Positions 8,971 to 17,421 of a DNA stretch of 64,000 nucleotides are shown here, piece by piece. The position numbers were made by a program, and so were the translations under genes. The notes under the pieces are model-generated. The model saw only the letters and a program-made list of their open reading frames with translations, was not told where the DNA came from and did not search any database. Source of the DNA: Marispirochaeta sp. (lineage in GTDB: Bacteria; Spirochaetota; Spirochaetia; JC444; Marispirochaetaceae); the NCBI GenBank assembly GCA_963676835.2, contig CAXXFF010000001.1:128001-192000 (forward strand), written 5' to 3'. Within the stretch, counting starts at the first letter, position 1. Each line of letters begins with the position of its first letter.

Positions 8971-9097
8971 AAAGTTAAGGAGGGCCGTGGCTATAGAACC
9001 ACGGAAAAGGAGGTAACTGCCTGTGAAACTATTTCACTATTAAAGCAGGCAGCACCACCAATATTTAATCGCCAAGGGAGACCCCTAACCCCGACGG

Positions 9098-9553
9098 TTA
9101 AACCATATTACAGATCATCTTCACTGTTGCTTCCATGCTGGCCGTGCGCACAGCTTCCAGAGGATCATTCAGGCGTGTTCCAATCTCTCCGCGTATGCTT
9201 TTAATGTTCTGTTGCTGCAGCCAGACAAGCCGGTCTTCTACTGCTTGCCGGATTACCGGAGCAATGTCAGTATCAAACTTCTTCAGGTTGCTGGAAACAT
9301 AACTTTCCGCAGCTTTCAGGTCTTCTTTCTTCTTCAGTTCAATTGCAGTGTCTTTGAGGGAAAAAATAGCCCGCTTTATTCCATCATCTTTTGTCTTCAG
9401 TTCAACAATCAGCCGTGTAAACTCGGCTTCGTCTGTACCGTTGGCAAGGGCATCAGCCAGCTTCTTTTCGTTATCCTTGATCTGCTTGGTAAGGGCTTCT
9501 TGATCATTCCGAAGCTGCTGAATTCTATCGTTTACAGCCTTGCTTGTTTTCAT
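9098..9553 (-). CDS. Coiled-coil hypothetical protein (element)
   Basis: Heptad-like K/E/Q/L-rich sequence; start overlaps the protease stop (ATGA). Confidence 0.75.
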   Translation of the reverse strand: MKTSKAVNDRIQQLRNDQEALTKQIKDNEKKLADALANGTDEAEFTRLIVELKTKDDGIKRAIFSLKDTAIELKKKEDLKAAESYVSSNLKKFDTDIAPVIRQAVEDRLVWLQQQNIKSIRGEIGTRLNDPLEAVRTASMEATVKMICNMV

Positions 9554-10212
9554 ATCGCCTTCCTTTTATACGGATCTGCTGCAAGGATTGCTTTCGCCTG
9601 GTCGCGGATACCGTCAGGGCGTGAAATCAATCCAATACAGGCTGCAACCTGGGAGAAGTCCGGCTTGCTGTAGGATTCATTGAACAAGACTGCAGCAGAG
9701 TTGACTGCAGCTTCTTTCGTTGTTCCAGATTCACCACCTATATAGATGTCGCCGAAGCCGGCATCGACGATCTCCTTCCCGAAGAAATAGGTTGTTTCGT
9801 CCATCAGGTTAAGAATTTCTTCAACACTTTTCCCGGTGCGCCTGGAGTATGTTTCTGCAAGCTGATTATCCAGTCTTTCAAGCAGGACCGACTCTGCAGC
9901 ATGGTCCTTGGCATTTCCTATCGAAATGCCTGATGCCCGGTGAATCATCATCACCGCATCCGGTCCCACTGAAATTACATCGGCGGCCATGGCCATTACA
10001 GACGCCATGCTGGCAGCAAGTAGAATTTGCACCTCAACCTTGCCGGCATAATTCTCGATTTCCCGGTATATCTCGCGGCCGTCAAACACATAGCCGCCCG
10101 GAGAATTGATTACAATTAAAAGACTCTCCCCTGCAGCATCCTTTAATTGTTCCCGGAAATCGGCAGGCGTCACATCTTCACCGATAAAACCCGATATATA
10201 CAATGTTTTCAT
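9550..10212 (-). CDS. ClpP-like head maturation protease
   Basis: INSPGGYVFDG, AASMAS (catalytic Ser), MMIH (His), YSRRTGKSVEEILNLMDETT, VDAGF. Confidence 0.88.
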   Translation of the reverse strand: MKTLYISGFIGEDVTPADFREQLKDAAGESLLIVINSPGGYVFDGREIYREIENYAGKVEVQILLAASMASVMAMAADVISVGPDAVMMIHRASGISIGNAKDHAAESVLLERLDNQLAETYSRRTGKSVEEILNLMDETTYFFGKEIVDAGFGDIYIGGESGTTKEAAVNSAAVLFNESYSKPDFSQVAACIGLISRPDGIRDQAKAILAADPYKRKAI

Positions 10213-10226
10213 ATCACCCCCAAATA

Positions 10227-10248
10227 TGCCCGCCGGTTAAGGCGGGCT
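10227..10248 (-). terminator. Hairpin after the major capsid gene
   Basis: GCCCGCC-ggttaa-GGCGGGC inverted repeat between the capsid stop and the protease start; weak U-tract. Confidence 0.45.
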
Positions 10249-10260
10249 ATTGGCTATTCC

Positions 10261-11328
10261 CTATGTCCAACCGCTTCCGGTTGAAACACAAGTGTGATTT
10301 ATGTTTGCGGGAAGATACATAAACCGCGCATTTGACCGCAGCCATTCAACAGGAGGATCATTATCAATGAAAGAATCTATGACCAGATCCCCTACTTCCC
10401 GAACAATCTGCTTGCTGGGTGAAGTCACATCAACGCCACGATTACAGCGGTACCCAGGGCCGCCAAGATTGAACATGACCGCTTTGTCGACCGGCATGAA
10501 AGGAGCAGTTGAACCATCCTTGGTGGCAAGGTAAGGCCAATTCGGCTCGTAGGTGAGGATCCACACGGGTACAGGAACGCCGGTAATACTGTATCGTGCA
10601 GCAACGCGGAGACCTTCCGCACCTTTGAGCAGATCGGGAATAAGTTTTTCCTCGATCATGCTTTCAGGATTGGTGTAGTTCCGCTTTTCTTTGACATCTG
10701 CATCAGCAGTCCAGTCAGCGAACCAGTCAGATCCCATAAGAACCGCAAGGTTTCCGCGGGGGATGCCAAAAGGCGTCAGAGCGTCATACATAGCCTTGAG
10801 CGCGGCATCCATCGTAACGGAAGAGAAATTTGCGGTAAGCGTAAGTGATGAATCACGCTCAAAATCTATTTCCTTGACAGTTTCATCGCCATTGTATGCA
10901 GTGAATTTCCCGGTCAGGAATACATCAAGGGCGGCTTTCACGCGAGTCATGCGCGCAGCTGCAAGGAACCCTTTCGGCCCCTCTACAATATGGTGAACTG
11001 CCTGCCGTACATGGTCGGCCGCTCCAGACTTAGGATCTACGCCGGCAACGGCAGAATCCCGCAGGTGTTCATCAATTGGCGTTTTTTCCTTGAATACCGG
11101 AGGCTCAAATTCGTAGCCATCGCCAGGTTCATATTCCCTGACATGGGCTTCCTGCCCTTTTGTGAGCGCACGAAGCGCGAAAGGGTTGCCGGTATACGTA
11201 TCAATTTTGACGGTGGTGTTCCGGCTGTTATCCAAGGAAGGGAAAAGCACTTCATCGATCTGCTTTCCTTTAAAAGCCATATCCTCATAATAAAGTTTTG
11301 CGGTTTCGGTTAAAATCTGAATAGACAT
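10261..11328 (-). CDS. Phage major capsid protein (lambda gpE-like)
   Basis: 355 aa; LFP..., FEPPVFKEK, A..V..TGKF, IDFERDS and C-terminal DPP...S...YLPAN pattern typical of gpE-family capsids; follows a decoration-sized gene. Confidence 0.8.
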   Translation of the reverse strand: MSIQILTETAKLYYEDMAFKGKQIDEVLFPSLDNSRNTTVKIDTYTGNPFALRALTKGQEAHVREYEPGDGYEFEPPVFKEKTPIDEHLRDSAVAGVDPKSGAADHVRQAVHHIVEGPKGFLAAARMTRVKAALDVFLTGKFTAYNGDETVKEIDFERDSSLTLTANFSSVTMDAALKAMYDALTPFGIPRGNLAVLMGSDWFADWTADADVKEKRNYTNPESMIEEKLIPDLLKGAEGLRVAARYSITGVPVPVWILTYEPNWPYLATKDGSTAPFMPVDKAVMFNLGGPGYRCNRGVDVTSPSKQIVREVGDLVIDSFIDNDPPVEWLRSNARFMYLPANINHTCVSTGSGWT

Positions 11329-11339
11329 CTATTGCCTCC

Positions 11340-11654
11340 TTAACGCAGAATGATGCCGTTGGTGAGTGCGGAATTCCGCAGATCATCTGTAACAGTGAGG
11401 GCTGCATCTGAGTCATCAACCAGAGCAGATTCCAGAATTTCAGATCCAGACACAGCAACAAGCAGCAGCCCTTCAGAAGAAAGGGTTTTATCTTCCCAGA
11501 CAATGCCCTGGATGGCTGAAGCGCTGTATTCGTAGTTGTCGTTTGTGTCGTTGTAAGCAACCGGCATACCGATGTAATAGGTATCAGCGGCGGCGGTTAG
11601 CTTCTTGGTTTTGATTGTCCCGGCAATGGGATAGGTTCCGTTGTATTCGGACAT
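11340..11654 (-). CDS. Putative head decoration (gpD-like) protein
   Basis: 104 aa, beta-rich, GI..ED and C-terminal LRNSALTNGIILR; directly upstream of the capsid gene; GGAGG RBS. Confidence 0.7.
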   Translation of the reverse strand: MSEYNGTYPIAGTIKTKKLTAAADTYYIGMPVAYNDTNDNYEYSASAIQGIVWEDKTLSSEGLLLVAVSGSEILESALVDDSDAALTVTDDLRNSALTNGIILR

Positions 11655-12004
11655 TATTTGCCTCCTTTAAGAATTGCAGCAGCCTGTTCTCTTACTGCAT
11701 GCGGCTTGAAATCTGCGTCCTGCCATGGTTCGCGTGCGGCTGAGATTCCACCGATTTCGGCAGAATTGTTTTTAGGTGGCACGTGATAGACGGCTGCAAC
11801 CTTCTCGGCGTAAGCCTGTGGTGATAAACCATTCTTGATTGCATCAAGCAATTCATCAGACAGCCTTGCACCTGAATCATTCAGCAACGCCATAATGTTG
11901 CTGGTCGCGGCGTTCCTACCCTGGACTTCTGCGGCAGTGATACACATTTCATGCTCTGCACGCAATTCCGGGTGGCTCTCGAAAACATGTTTTAGGGTTT
12001 CCAT
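11654..12004 (-). CDS. Putative stand-alone capsid scaffolding protein
   Basis: LKHVFESHPEL...G...I.AL...AIKNG resembles the C-terminal scaffold segment of phage S49/ClpP proteases; GGAGG RBS. Confidence 0.55.
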   Translation of the reverse strand: METLKHVFESHPELRAEHEMCITAAEVQGRNAATSNIMALLNDSGARLSDELLDAIKNGLSPQAYAEKVAAVYHVPPKNNSAEIGGISAAREPWQDADFKPHAVREQAAAILKGGK

Positions 12005-12190
12005 AATCCCCTCCCAATTTATACCGGATTCCCGGCGATTTTTTCCGGCTCAAGCCGGATGTCAACTTGTCAATTACAGCGCTATGTCAACCAATCTCTG
12101 GGTGACAAAACCAATTTTCACCTCTCAGAAATCAACACACGCGGGTCCGGCTTTGGTTTCCGCATATATCCGTATAAGAACCTATTTGCC

Positions 12191-14257
12191 TCACAGATTG
12201 GCACCGCTCACCACCACTTCGCCGGCATCCACGCCCTTCTGCATCACTTCCCATATGACCGATTCGTCAAGCTTGGCCACGACAGTCAGGTTACCGGCGA
12301 TACTCTCACCCCTGGGCGTTACATGGATGTTTTCGCCTGGGTTAAACCGGTACAATTGACTATCCCCTCTGCTCGATGCTGCCGATTCAGGCACCACGAA
12401 ATTACCACCGGTTTCTGCTGGTATAGGTGTTGATAGAATCTTGATCTGCTGTGCCAGGCCGGATGCCAGTACAGCTGCAGCGGCAATGGTATTGGCCGGG
12501 AAAGGCACTTCGGCAAGTACACGGGTAAATGCAAGATAGCTGTTTATTGCCGCGGATGCTGAAGCAAGACCCTTTTCAAGAATGGCGGCTTCCCGGCTTT
12601 CATCTGAAAAGTTGCTGAAGATAGAAGCAAGCCCGCTGAGAAGATCGCCGGTTGCACTTATTGTTGCCTGACGGACTGCCAGTCTGGCAGCTTCCTGTTG
12701 GGCAACAATTGCAGTGAGGTTTCTTTCTGCCTCCCCTGCGGCTTCTGCTGCTTCAATCTGAGAAGTGACCCATTCATCAATCCAGCTCTGCCTTGTTTCC
12801 TGCGCGGTCCATAACGCCTCTTGGGCTGCTGTATTCTGTATGAGCTGTTCCTGCTGTAGCGTCAGTGCTTCTGTTTCTGCCTGGATGGCAAGTTCTGCTT
12901 CTTTTGATAATTGAACCGCTGCAGCCTTCTGAGCATTGAGAGAAATAGCGGCATTTTCCTCTTCCACATATGCAAGAGAGAGCATGGAATTTACTCGATG
13001 GAGAGACGTTTCAGCCTCCTCAAGTTTTTTGGTAACATTGATTCCGCGTAGTTTCTGCAGGTTGAGTTCATTTATTACATGTTCCTGCCATTTGGCCGCT
13101 TCGGTAAGGGTATCGACATCGCGGGCACCGTTTACCATAACCGCGTCAAATGCTTTCCGGCCGGCGGTGTAGCTGTTCATAGTAGTGAGGATGTCAGCAA
13201 GGAGGTTCTTTGCCGGGGTCAGTGCTTCAAGTACAAATGCGCCCCAATGTTCTTTTGATTCAACAACAGCTTCATTGAGACGCCGGCTGACATTGGCGGC
13301 ACTGTCTGCGGTTCGTGCATAATCACCGATGGCGTTTTTACTCTGTTCTGTGGCAAGTGCAAGGGTAGCATAAATCTTCGCCTGCTGCTCCGATGAAAAG
13401 GTCAGTCCTTGCTGTGCCTGTTCAAGCATTTCAGCTTTGACCATGGCATCATTGATAACGATTCCATAAGTTTTCAGGGCTTCTCGTTCGCCAGAGTAAG
13501 CGCTGGTTAAAGCCTTTGAGACTGCCTCTGCCCCACCTCTTGCATTGGTGAAGCTGGCAAGGTCAATGGCAAGTCGGTTGGTCTGGTCTGAAAGGTTCAA
13601 GGCTTCATCTGCTGCAAGACCGAAACCGGTTAACAGATCCCCGGTATTCCCTAAAAGCTTCCGGGCAGTAGAGCCGGCAAGGTCGAAATCTTCGGCAAGT
13701 GCATTGGCCATACGATTTGATTCTGTTGTCACCGAATCAAAGACAACTTCATATTTACTTAAAATCTCTTGGGCTTCGGATGCCGCTTCTGCGGATTCCT
13801 TGCTCACCTCTATCAGTTTGGAAAAACCATTCTGTGCAAGGCTGATAACTGAAGCGCCCAGGCCAACCATAACGCCATCCATGAGGCTGAATTTGCTGCT
13901 GGCTTTTTTGGCTTCTGCGGCTGCATCCTCAATTTCCGCGTCAAGTTGTTGGTATCGTTTTTTGAGAGATAGAACTGCTTCATCCTGCGGATTCAGTCCG
14001 TTCCGAATAAGCCTTTCAATTTCCCTGCGCAATCCCGCATGTTCTGCAGCTAAACCCTCAACCGGTCCCCGTGTCGCAGTGATTGCAGCGGCAGCCCTTT
14101 GATTCTTCTGAATAAAGCTGTCTATGGCATCATTCTTAAAAGACTTTTGAAACTTCTCTATCCGGGCAGCCTCTTTCTCTGTGAGCTGCCCGATTGACTT
14201 AATATCTGCAGCCGCTTTATCAAAATCGCTTTTAATTGTTAGGTTTATTTGTGCCAC
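12191..14257 (-). CDS. Phage tail tape-measure protein
   Basis: 688 aa, Ala-rich and helical; core LA.DLASF.N...A..AL.SA..GERE.LK.YGIVI.D and GD.ART.DS.AN; C-terminal ETGG.FVVP...DS...NPGE; GTG start with GGAGG RBS. Confidence 0.85.
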   Translation of the reverse strand: MAQINLTIKSDFDKAAADIKSIGQLTEKEAARIEKFQKSFKNDAIDSFIQKNQRAAAAITATRGPVEGLAAEHAGLRREIERLIRNGLNPQDEAVLSLKKRYQQLDAEIEDAAAEAKKASSKFSLMDGVMVGLGASVISLAQNGFSKLIEVSKESAEAASEAQEILSKYEVVFDSVTTESNRMANALAEDFDLAGSTARKLLGNTGDLLTGFGLAADEALNLSDQTNRLAIDLASFTNARGGAEAVSKALTSAYSGEREALKTYGIVINDAMVKAEMLEQAQQGLTFSSEQQAKIYATLALATEQSKNAIGDYARTADSAANVSRRLNEAVVESKEHWGAFVLEALTPAKNLLADILTTMNSYTAGRKAFDAVMVNGARDVDTLTEAAKWQEHVINELNLQKLRGINVTKKLEEAETSLHRVNSMLSLAYVEEENAAISLNAQKAAAVQLSKEAELAIQAETEALTLQQEQLIQNTAAQEALWTAQETRQSWIDEWVTSQIEAAEAAGEAERNLTAIVAQQEAARLAVRQATISATGDLLSGLASIFSNFSDESREAAILEKGLASASAAINSYLAFTRVLAEVPFPANTIAAAAVLASGLAQQIKILSTPIPAETGGNFVVPESAASSRGDSQLYRFNPGENIHVTPRGESIAGNLTVVAKLDESVIWEVMQKGVDAGEVVVSGANL

Positions 14258-14258
14258 G

Positions 14259-14540
14259 TTATGCCTCCTGCTCTTCGGGAACGATCAAACCGGGATAATA
14301 GATTTTGGCCATCCAGCTATCGGGAAAATCTTTTTGAAACATTGCGCTCAAATCGTCCCGGGACATACCAAGCAACCGGATCACCTTTTGCATGCGGCCT
14401 TCAATGATGGTTGTCCCCTTTTCACAGTCTCGAAGTGATTCAATCAGCAGATTGATTGAAGTTTCTATTGCATGCAGAGCTATGCCGGTGCATACATGCT
14501 GGTCCGGTAGTAATCCTGTTTTTTTCTTTCGTGCCATCAT
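14259..14540 (-). CDS. Small hypothetical protein (element)
   Basis: GGAGG RBS; fills the gap between the helicase and tape-measure genes. Confidence 0.65.
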   Translation of the reverse strand: MMARKKKTGLLPDQHVCTGIALHAIETSINLLIESLRDCEKGTTIIEGRMQKVIRLLGMSRDDLSAMFQKDFPDSWMAKIYYPGLIVPEEQEA

Positions 14541-14553
14541 CTATTGCCTCCAA

Positions 14554-15843
14554 TCAAAAAATATCAAGGACATTACTGGCGCTTTCGTTACCAGTAACCC
14601 CAGGTGTAACCGGTAACCCCGGTAACTCGGTAACCGAGTCTTTAGAAACCGGGTTACTACGGTTTCCAGAGTTACCATGGGTTACTGCGGTTACCGGGGT
14701 TACCGGTTCTTCACCTGCAATGCAGTACACACCAGACATGCTGTTTAATTTCCCGTCCTTAGACATTGACCACATTAATTTCTTTATAGCTGACTCACTT
14801 CGAGAGTCACCGGTTTCTTGTAAATGCCGGTGCATATCTTTTGGTGTCATTGGACCGAGACGTTTAATGATGTCAAAAATTATTTGTCGTTCTTCAGTTT
14901 TTTGTATTTCTTGCACTTCACCTTTGATTGACCAAGTGCCGATGGAAGCATCAAAATCCATCGCATATTCTTTCTCTTCTACGTCTCGACCGGTGATTGA
15001 AAGGACGGCTTGGCGTGACATGCGATCACGACGTAAAACCATGGTTGTATCTGCACCCGCGGCAAAAGCCTGTGATCCAAGCACTGAAGAAACAAAATCA
15101 GAAGCCTCGGCTTTTCTGGTGTGATGAACGCATACTATTGCTGTCTCTGTTTCGTCGGCAACAGCTTTTAATTCACTTACAAAATTGGTTACACTGTGGT
15201 AATCATTGCCATCCTCAATGTGTGCAAACATGCCAAGGGTATCGATCACGCATAGACGGGTTTCAGGAAACTTCTCAAGCCATTCCCGCAGTTTTTCAAC
15301 TGGTTTTTCCCTGGGCCAAGAAAGAACGATTTGACAATCATCGCGGGGTTCAGCGCCTGTCTTGATTAAACGGCTTTTCATTCGTCGAGCAGTATCTTCA
15401 AGTGCCAGGTACAACGTGGGGCCTGGATCAACTTTTATTTTACCGAGGACATAACCACCAGCCGCGACGGCAGTTACAACCGAAAGGACCATCCAAGACT
15501 TCCCCATTTTTGAAGGACCAGCAAACAAGGAATATCCTTCAGGTATCAATCCGGGGACAATCCATTTCGGTTCTGGAAAATCAGTTGAAAATAGCTCTCT
15601 GGTGCTCCACACGATTTTTCTTGTCTTATTTTCAGGTATATCAACCTGAACGTCTTTGTAGACGCCTAACTGCTCTTCAACCAGATATCGTGCATTGAAA
15701 GGAGGTGTCCCGCAAAAGGTTTTTTCCCCTGCCTGAATAAACTTTTCAATTTCACTTAAAATATTCAGCAGTTCATCAGGGGTTTTAAGTTTGAGACTTT
15801 CAGCAAAATCTATTCCTTCCGTTTTTTTAATACTTTTTGACAT
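14554..15843 (-). CDS. AAA_25/RepA-like replicative helicase with putative C-terminal winged helix
   Basis: WIVPGLIPEG, Walker A GPSKMGKS, YLALED, Walker B CVIDT, VHHTRK, LGS..F...AD, GRD. Confidence 0.87.
   Translation of the reverse strand: MSKSIKKTEGIDFAESLKLKTPDELLNILSEIEKFIQAGEKTFCGTPPFNARYLVEEQLGVYKDVQVDIPENKTRKIVWSTRELFSTDFPEPKWIVPGLIPEGYSLFAGPSKMGKSWMVLSVVTAVAAGGYVLGKIKVDPGPTLYLALEDTARRMKSRLIKTGAEPRDDCQIVLSWPREKPVEKLREWLEKFPETRLCVIDTLGMFAHIEDGNDYHSVTNFVSELKAVADETETAIVCVHHTRKAEASDFVSSVLGSQAFAAGADTTMVLRRDRMSRQAVLSITGRDVEEKEYAMDFDASIGTWSIKGEVQEIQKTEERQIIFDIIKRLGPMTPKDMHRHLQETGDSRSESAIKKLMWSMSKDGKLNSMSGVYCIAGEEPVTPVTAVTHGNSGNRSNPVSKDSVTELPGLPVTPGVTGNESASNVLDIF
14587..14703. repeat. Iteron-like GTAAC/GTTAC cluster; candidate replication origin
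   Basis: GTAAC at 14594, 14606, 14613, 14622, 14630 and GTTAC at 14587, 14653, 14671, 14681, 14690, 14699. Confidence 0.7.
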
Positions 15844-16181
15844 CAACGATCCCCAGCCAACCAACTAAGAAAAGGGTCCGCAAGATCTGCAACATCATCT
15901 GTTTTAGGTTTATCGCCTGTATAAAAAAAGCGTTGCCCTGGTAGCAGAACTGTCACGCCCGGCGTTACCTGTCCAGCCTTGATTAACCTGCCTATGACAT
16001 CTTCTGTGGATACCCGATAGAAGAGCAGATACCCATCAACGGCTGTTACGGCAGCAGTTTTTTCGGCAAGTCTTGTTGTGATCCCACGTGTTTCTTTGTA
16101 ATCCGAAATCGCAGCTCTTCCGTATTCTTTCGTGACATGTACAGCAATGATGCCTGACGGGACATTAGCCTTTTGCAGCAT
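15843..16181 (-). CDS. Hypothetical protein, possibly a degenerate Prim-Pol domain
   Basis: Directly upstream of and coupled to the helicase; motif order resembles a bifunctional primase-polymerase N-terminal domain without catalytic residues. Confidence 0.5.
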   Translation of the reverse strand: MLQKANVPSGIIAVHVTKEYGRAAISDYKETRGITTRLAEKTAAVTAVDGYLLFYRVSTEDVIGRLIKAGQVTPGVTVLLPGQRFFYTGDKPKTDDVADLADPFLSWLAGDR

Positions 16182-16353
16182 AAGAACTCCGGTGATCCGG
16201 TTTCATTGTTTCGGAAATTGTCTTTTCGATTTTGCTGATACGGCCGGCATGAACAGTGACCATAGCACCAACGGACCCAAAGGGATTGGCCGCGATCTGT
16301 TCTTGAAAAAACTTGGCAACCGCCAGAATTTCGGGTTCAAGATTGACGGTCAT
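16165..16353 (-). CDS. Small DUF2292-like protein
   Basis: PFGSV...VTVHAGRISKIEKT pattern; start overlaps the upstream stop. Confidence 0.5.
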   Translation of the reverse strand: MTVNLEPEILAVAKFFQEQIAANPFGSVGAMVTVHAGRISKIEKTISETMKPDHRSSYAAKG

Positions 16354-16532
16354 CGGCGTCCTCCAACAGGAACACGCCTTGAATCAATCCATTCTCGAAT
16401 TTCTTCAGGATCGAAGAAAACCCTTGAGCCAATTTTAATGTGTGGTAGCTGGCCTCTTGAAACCAGCGCCCTCACGGTCTGCTCCGCTAACGGTAGTTCC
16501 GCTTTTATTGTTTTATAAGTTAGAAGTGCCAT
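16350..16532 (-). CDS. AlpA/excisionase-like HTH protein
   Basis: LLT......L.L...TVR.LV..GQLPHIKIG.RV.F....I.EWI; AGGAGG RBS. Confidence 0.85.
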   Translation of the reverse strand: MALLTYKTIKAELPLAEQTVRALVSRGQLPHIKIGSRVFFDPEEIREWIDSRRVPVGGRR

Positions 16533-16629
16533 CGCTGTACCTCCTGCGCTTTATCTGTGCATAAGGTAGCCTGACTGTTGTGAGTTGTATTGAGGGAAAA
16601 ATTACGGGGATTATGCGGGGATTATGTTT

Positions 16630-17328
16630 TTATATAAGATTATTAAAAGTTTCTCGTTCCATCTTCGAAAAAAAATGATCATTTTTTGATAGCGTCTCGT
16701 CTTCCTTTCTTTGAACCGCTGGGACAATATCAGCATAGGAGCCATCTTTCTTCCTGTATACATATTGCCCAAATAATTCAGGTATTGTGGTTTTTTCTGA
16801 AAAGAACTTGCTGTAAATACATTTAGCCCTACCAATGGTTCCGGTGAAAATATATTTCCCGCTATCTGCCGGATCCTTTTTAACTAAATTTAGGGTTACA
16901 AGAGTTGAATGGAAGGCATCGGTGAAGTTGACTACATGGTTCCCACCATCCTGTTGATTCCAGTCCTTAGGTCCGCATCCAAATACACGTAGCTTTGATT
17001 CAATTTCTTCAATAAGTCCGTTAATATTATTAAAATCATCAGGATGTTCATTACCAAGCATCTCATCTAAGTATTGCTTTTGCCGCAGAGCGTGACTGCG
17101 CTGTTTTTTTAGGTTTTCTATCCTGGCTTCATTTGAATTTGGAAATTCTTCCCGTAGCTCACGCATGTAATCACTAAACGTTCTGCCAGCAATTGTGTAT
17201 TCTGGTCCATTTTTATATAGGCCTATGCTCTGGTTAAATCTATATCGCTCTGAACCGGTCACAGGCTCACCCTGAGAATTACCTTCAATAAAATTTATAG
17301 CATCTTTGTAAAATTCATCATCAGTCAT
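16630..17328 (-). CDS. Hypothetical accessory protein (element)
   Basis: 232-aa AT-rich ORF with its own promoter-like site and structured leader. Confidence 0.75.
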   Translation of the reverse strand: MTDDEFYKDAINFIEGNSQGEPVTGSERYRFNQSIGLYKNGPEYTIAGRTFSDYMRELREEFPNSNEARIENLKKQRSHALRQKQYLDEMLGNEHPDDFNNINGLIEEIESKLRVFGCGPKDWNQQDGGNHVVNFTDAFHSTLVTLNLVKKDPADSGKYIFTGTIGRAKCIYSKFFSEKTTIPELFGQYVYRKKDGSYADIVPAVQRKEDETLSKNDHFFSKMERETFNNLI

Positions 17329-17421
17329 TTAGCCCGCCCTCCCTTGACGGTCCCGGAAGAGAAACAACCAGGGCAGGCGGCCGGGAAAGCCGCTTTTCCT
17401 CCCGTCGGAGTAGCCCTGGCC

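Noticed and set aside
14587..14703. CRISPR array or protein tandem repeat
   Set aside because: Units are 5-6 bp in both orientations and several frames, with no spacers; no cas genes or CRISPR-like array seen anywhere in the window
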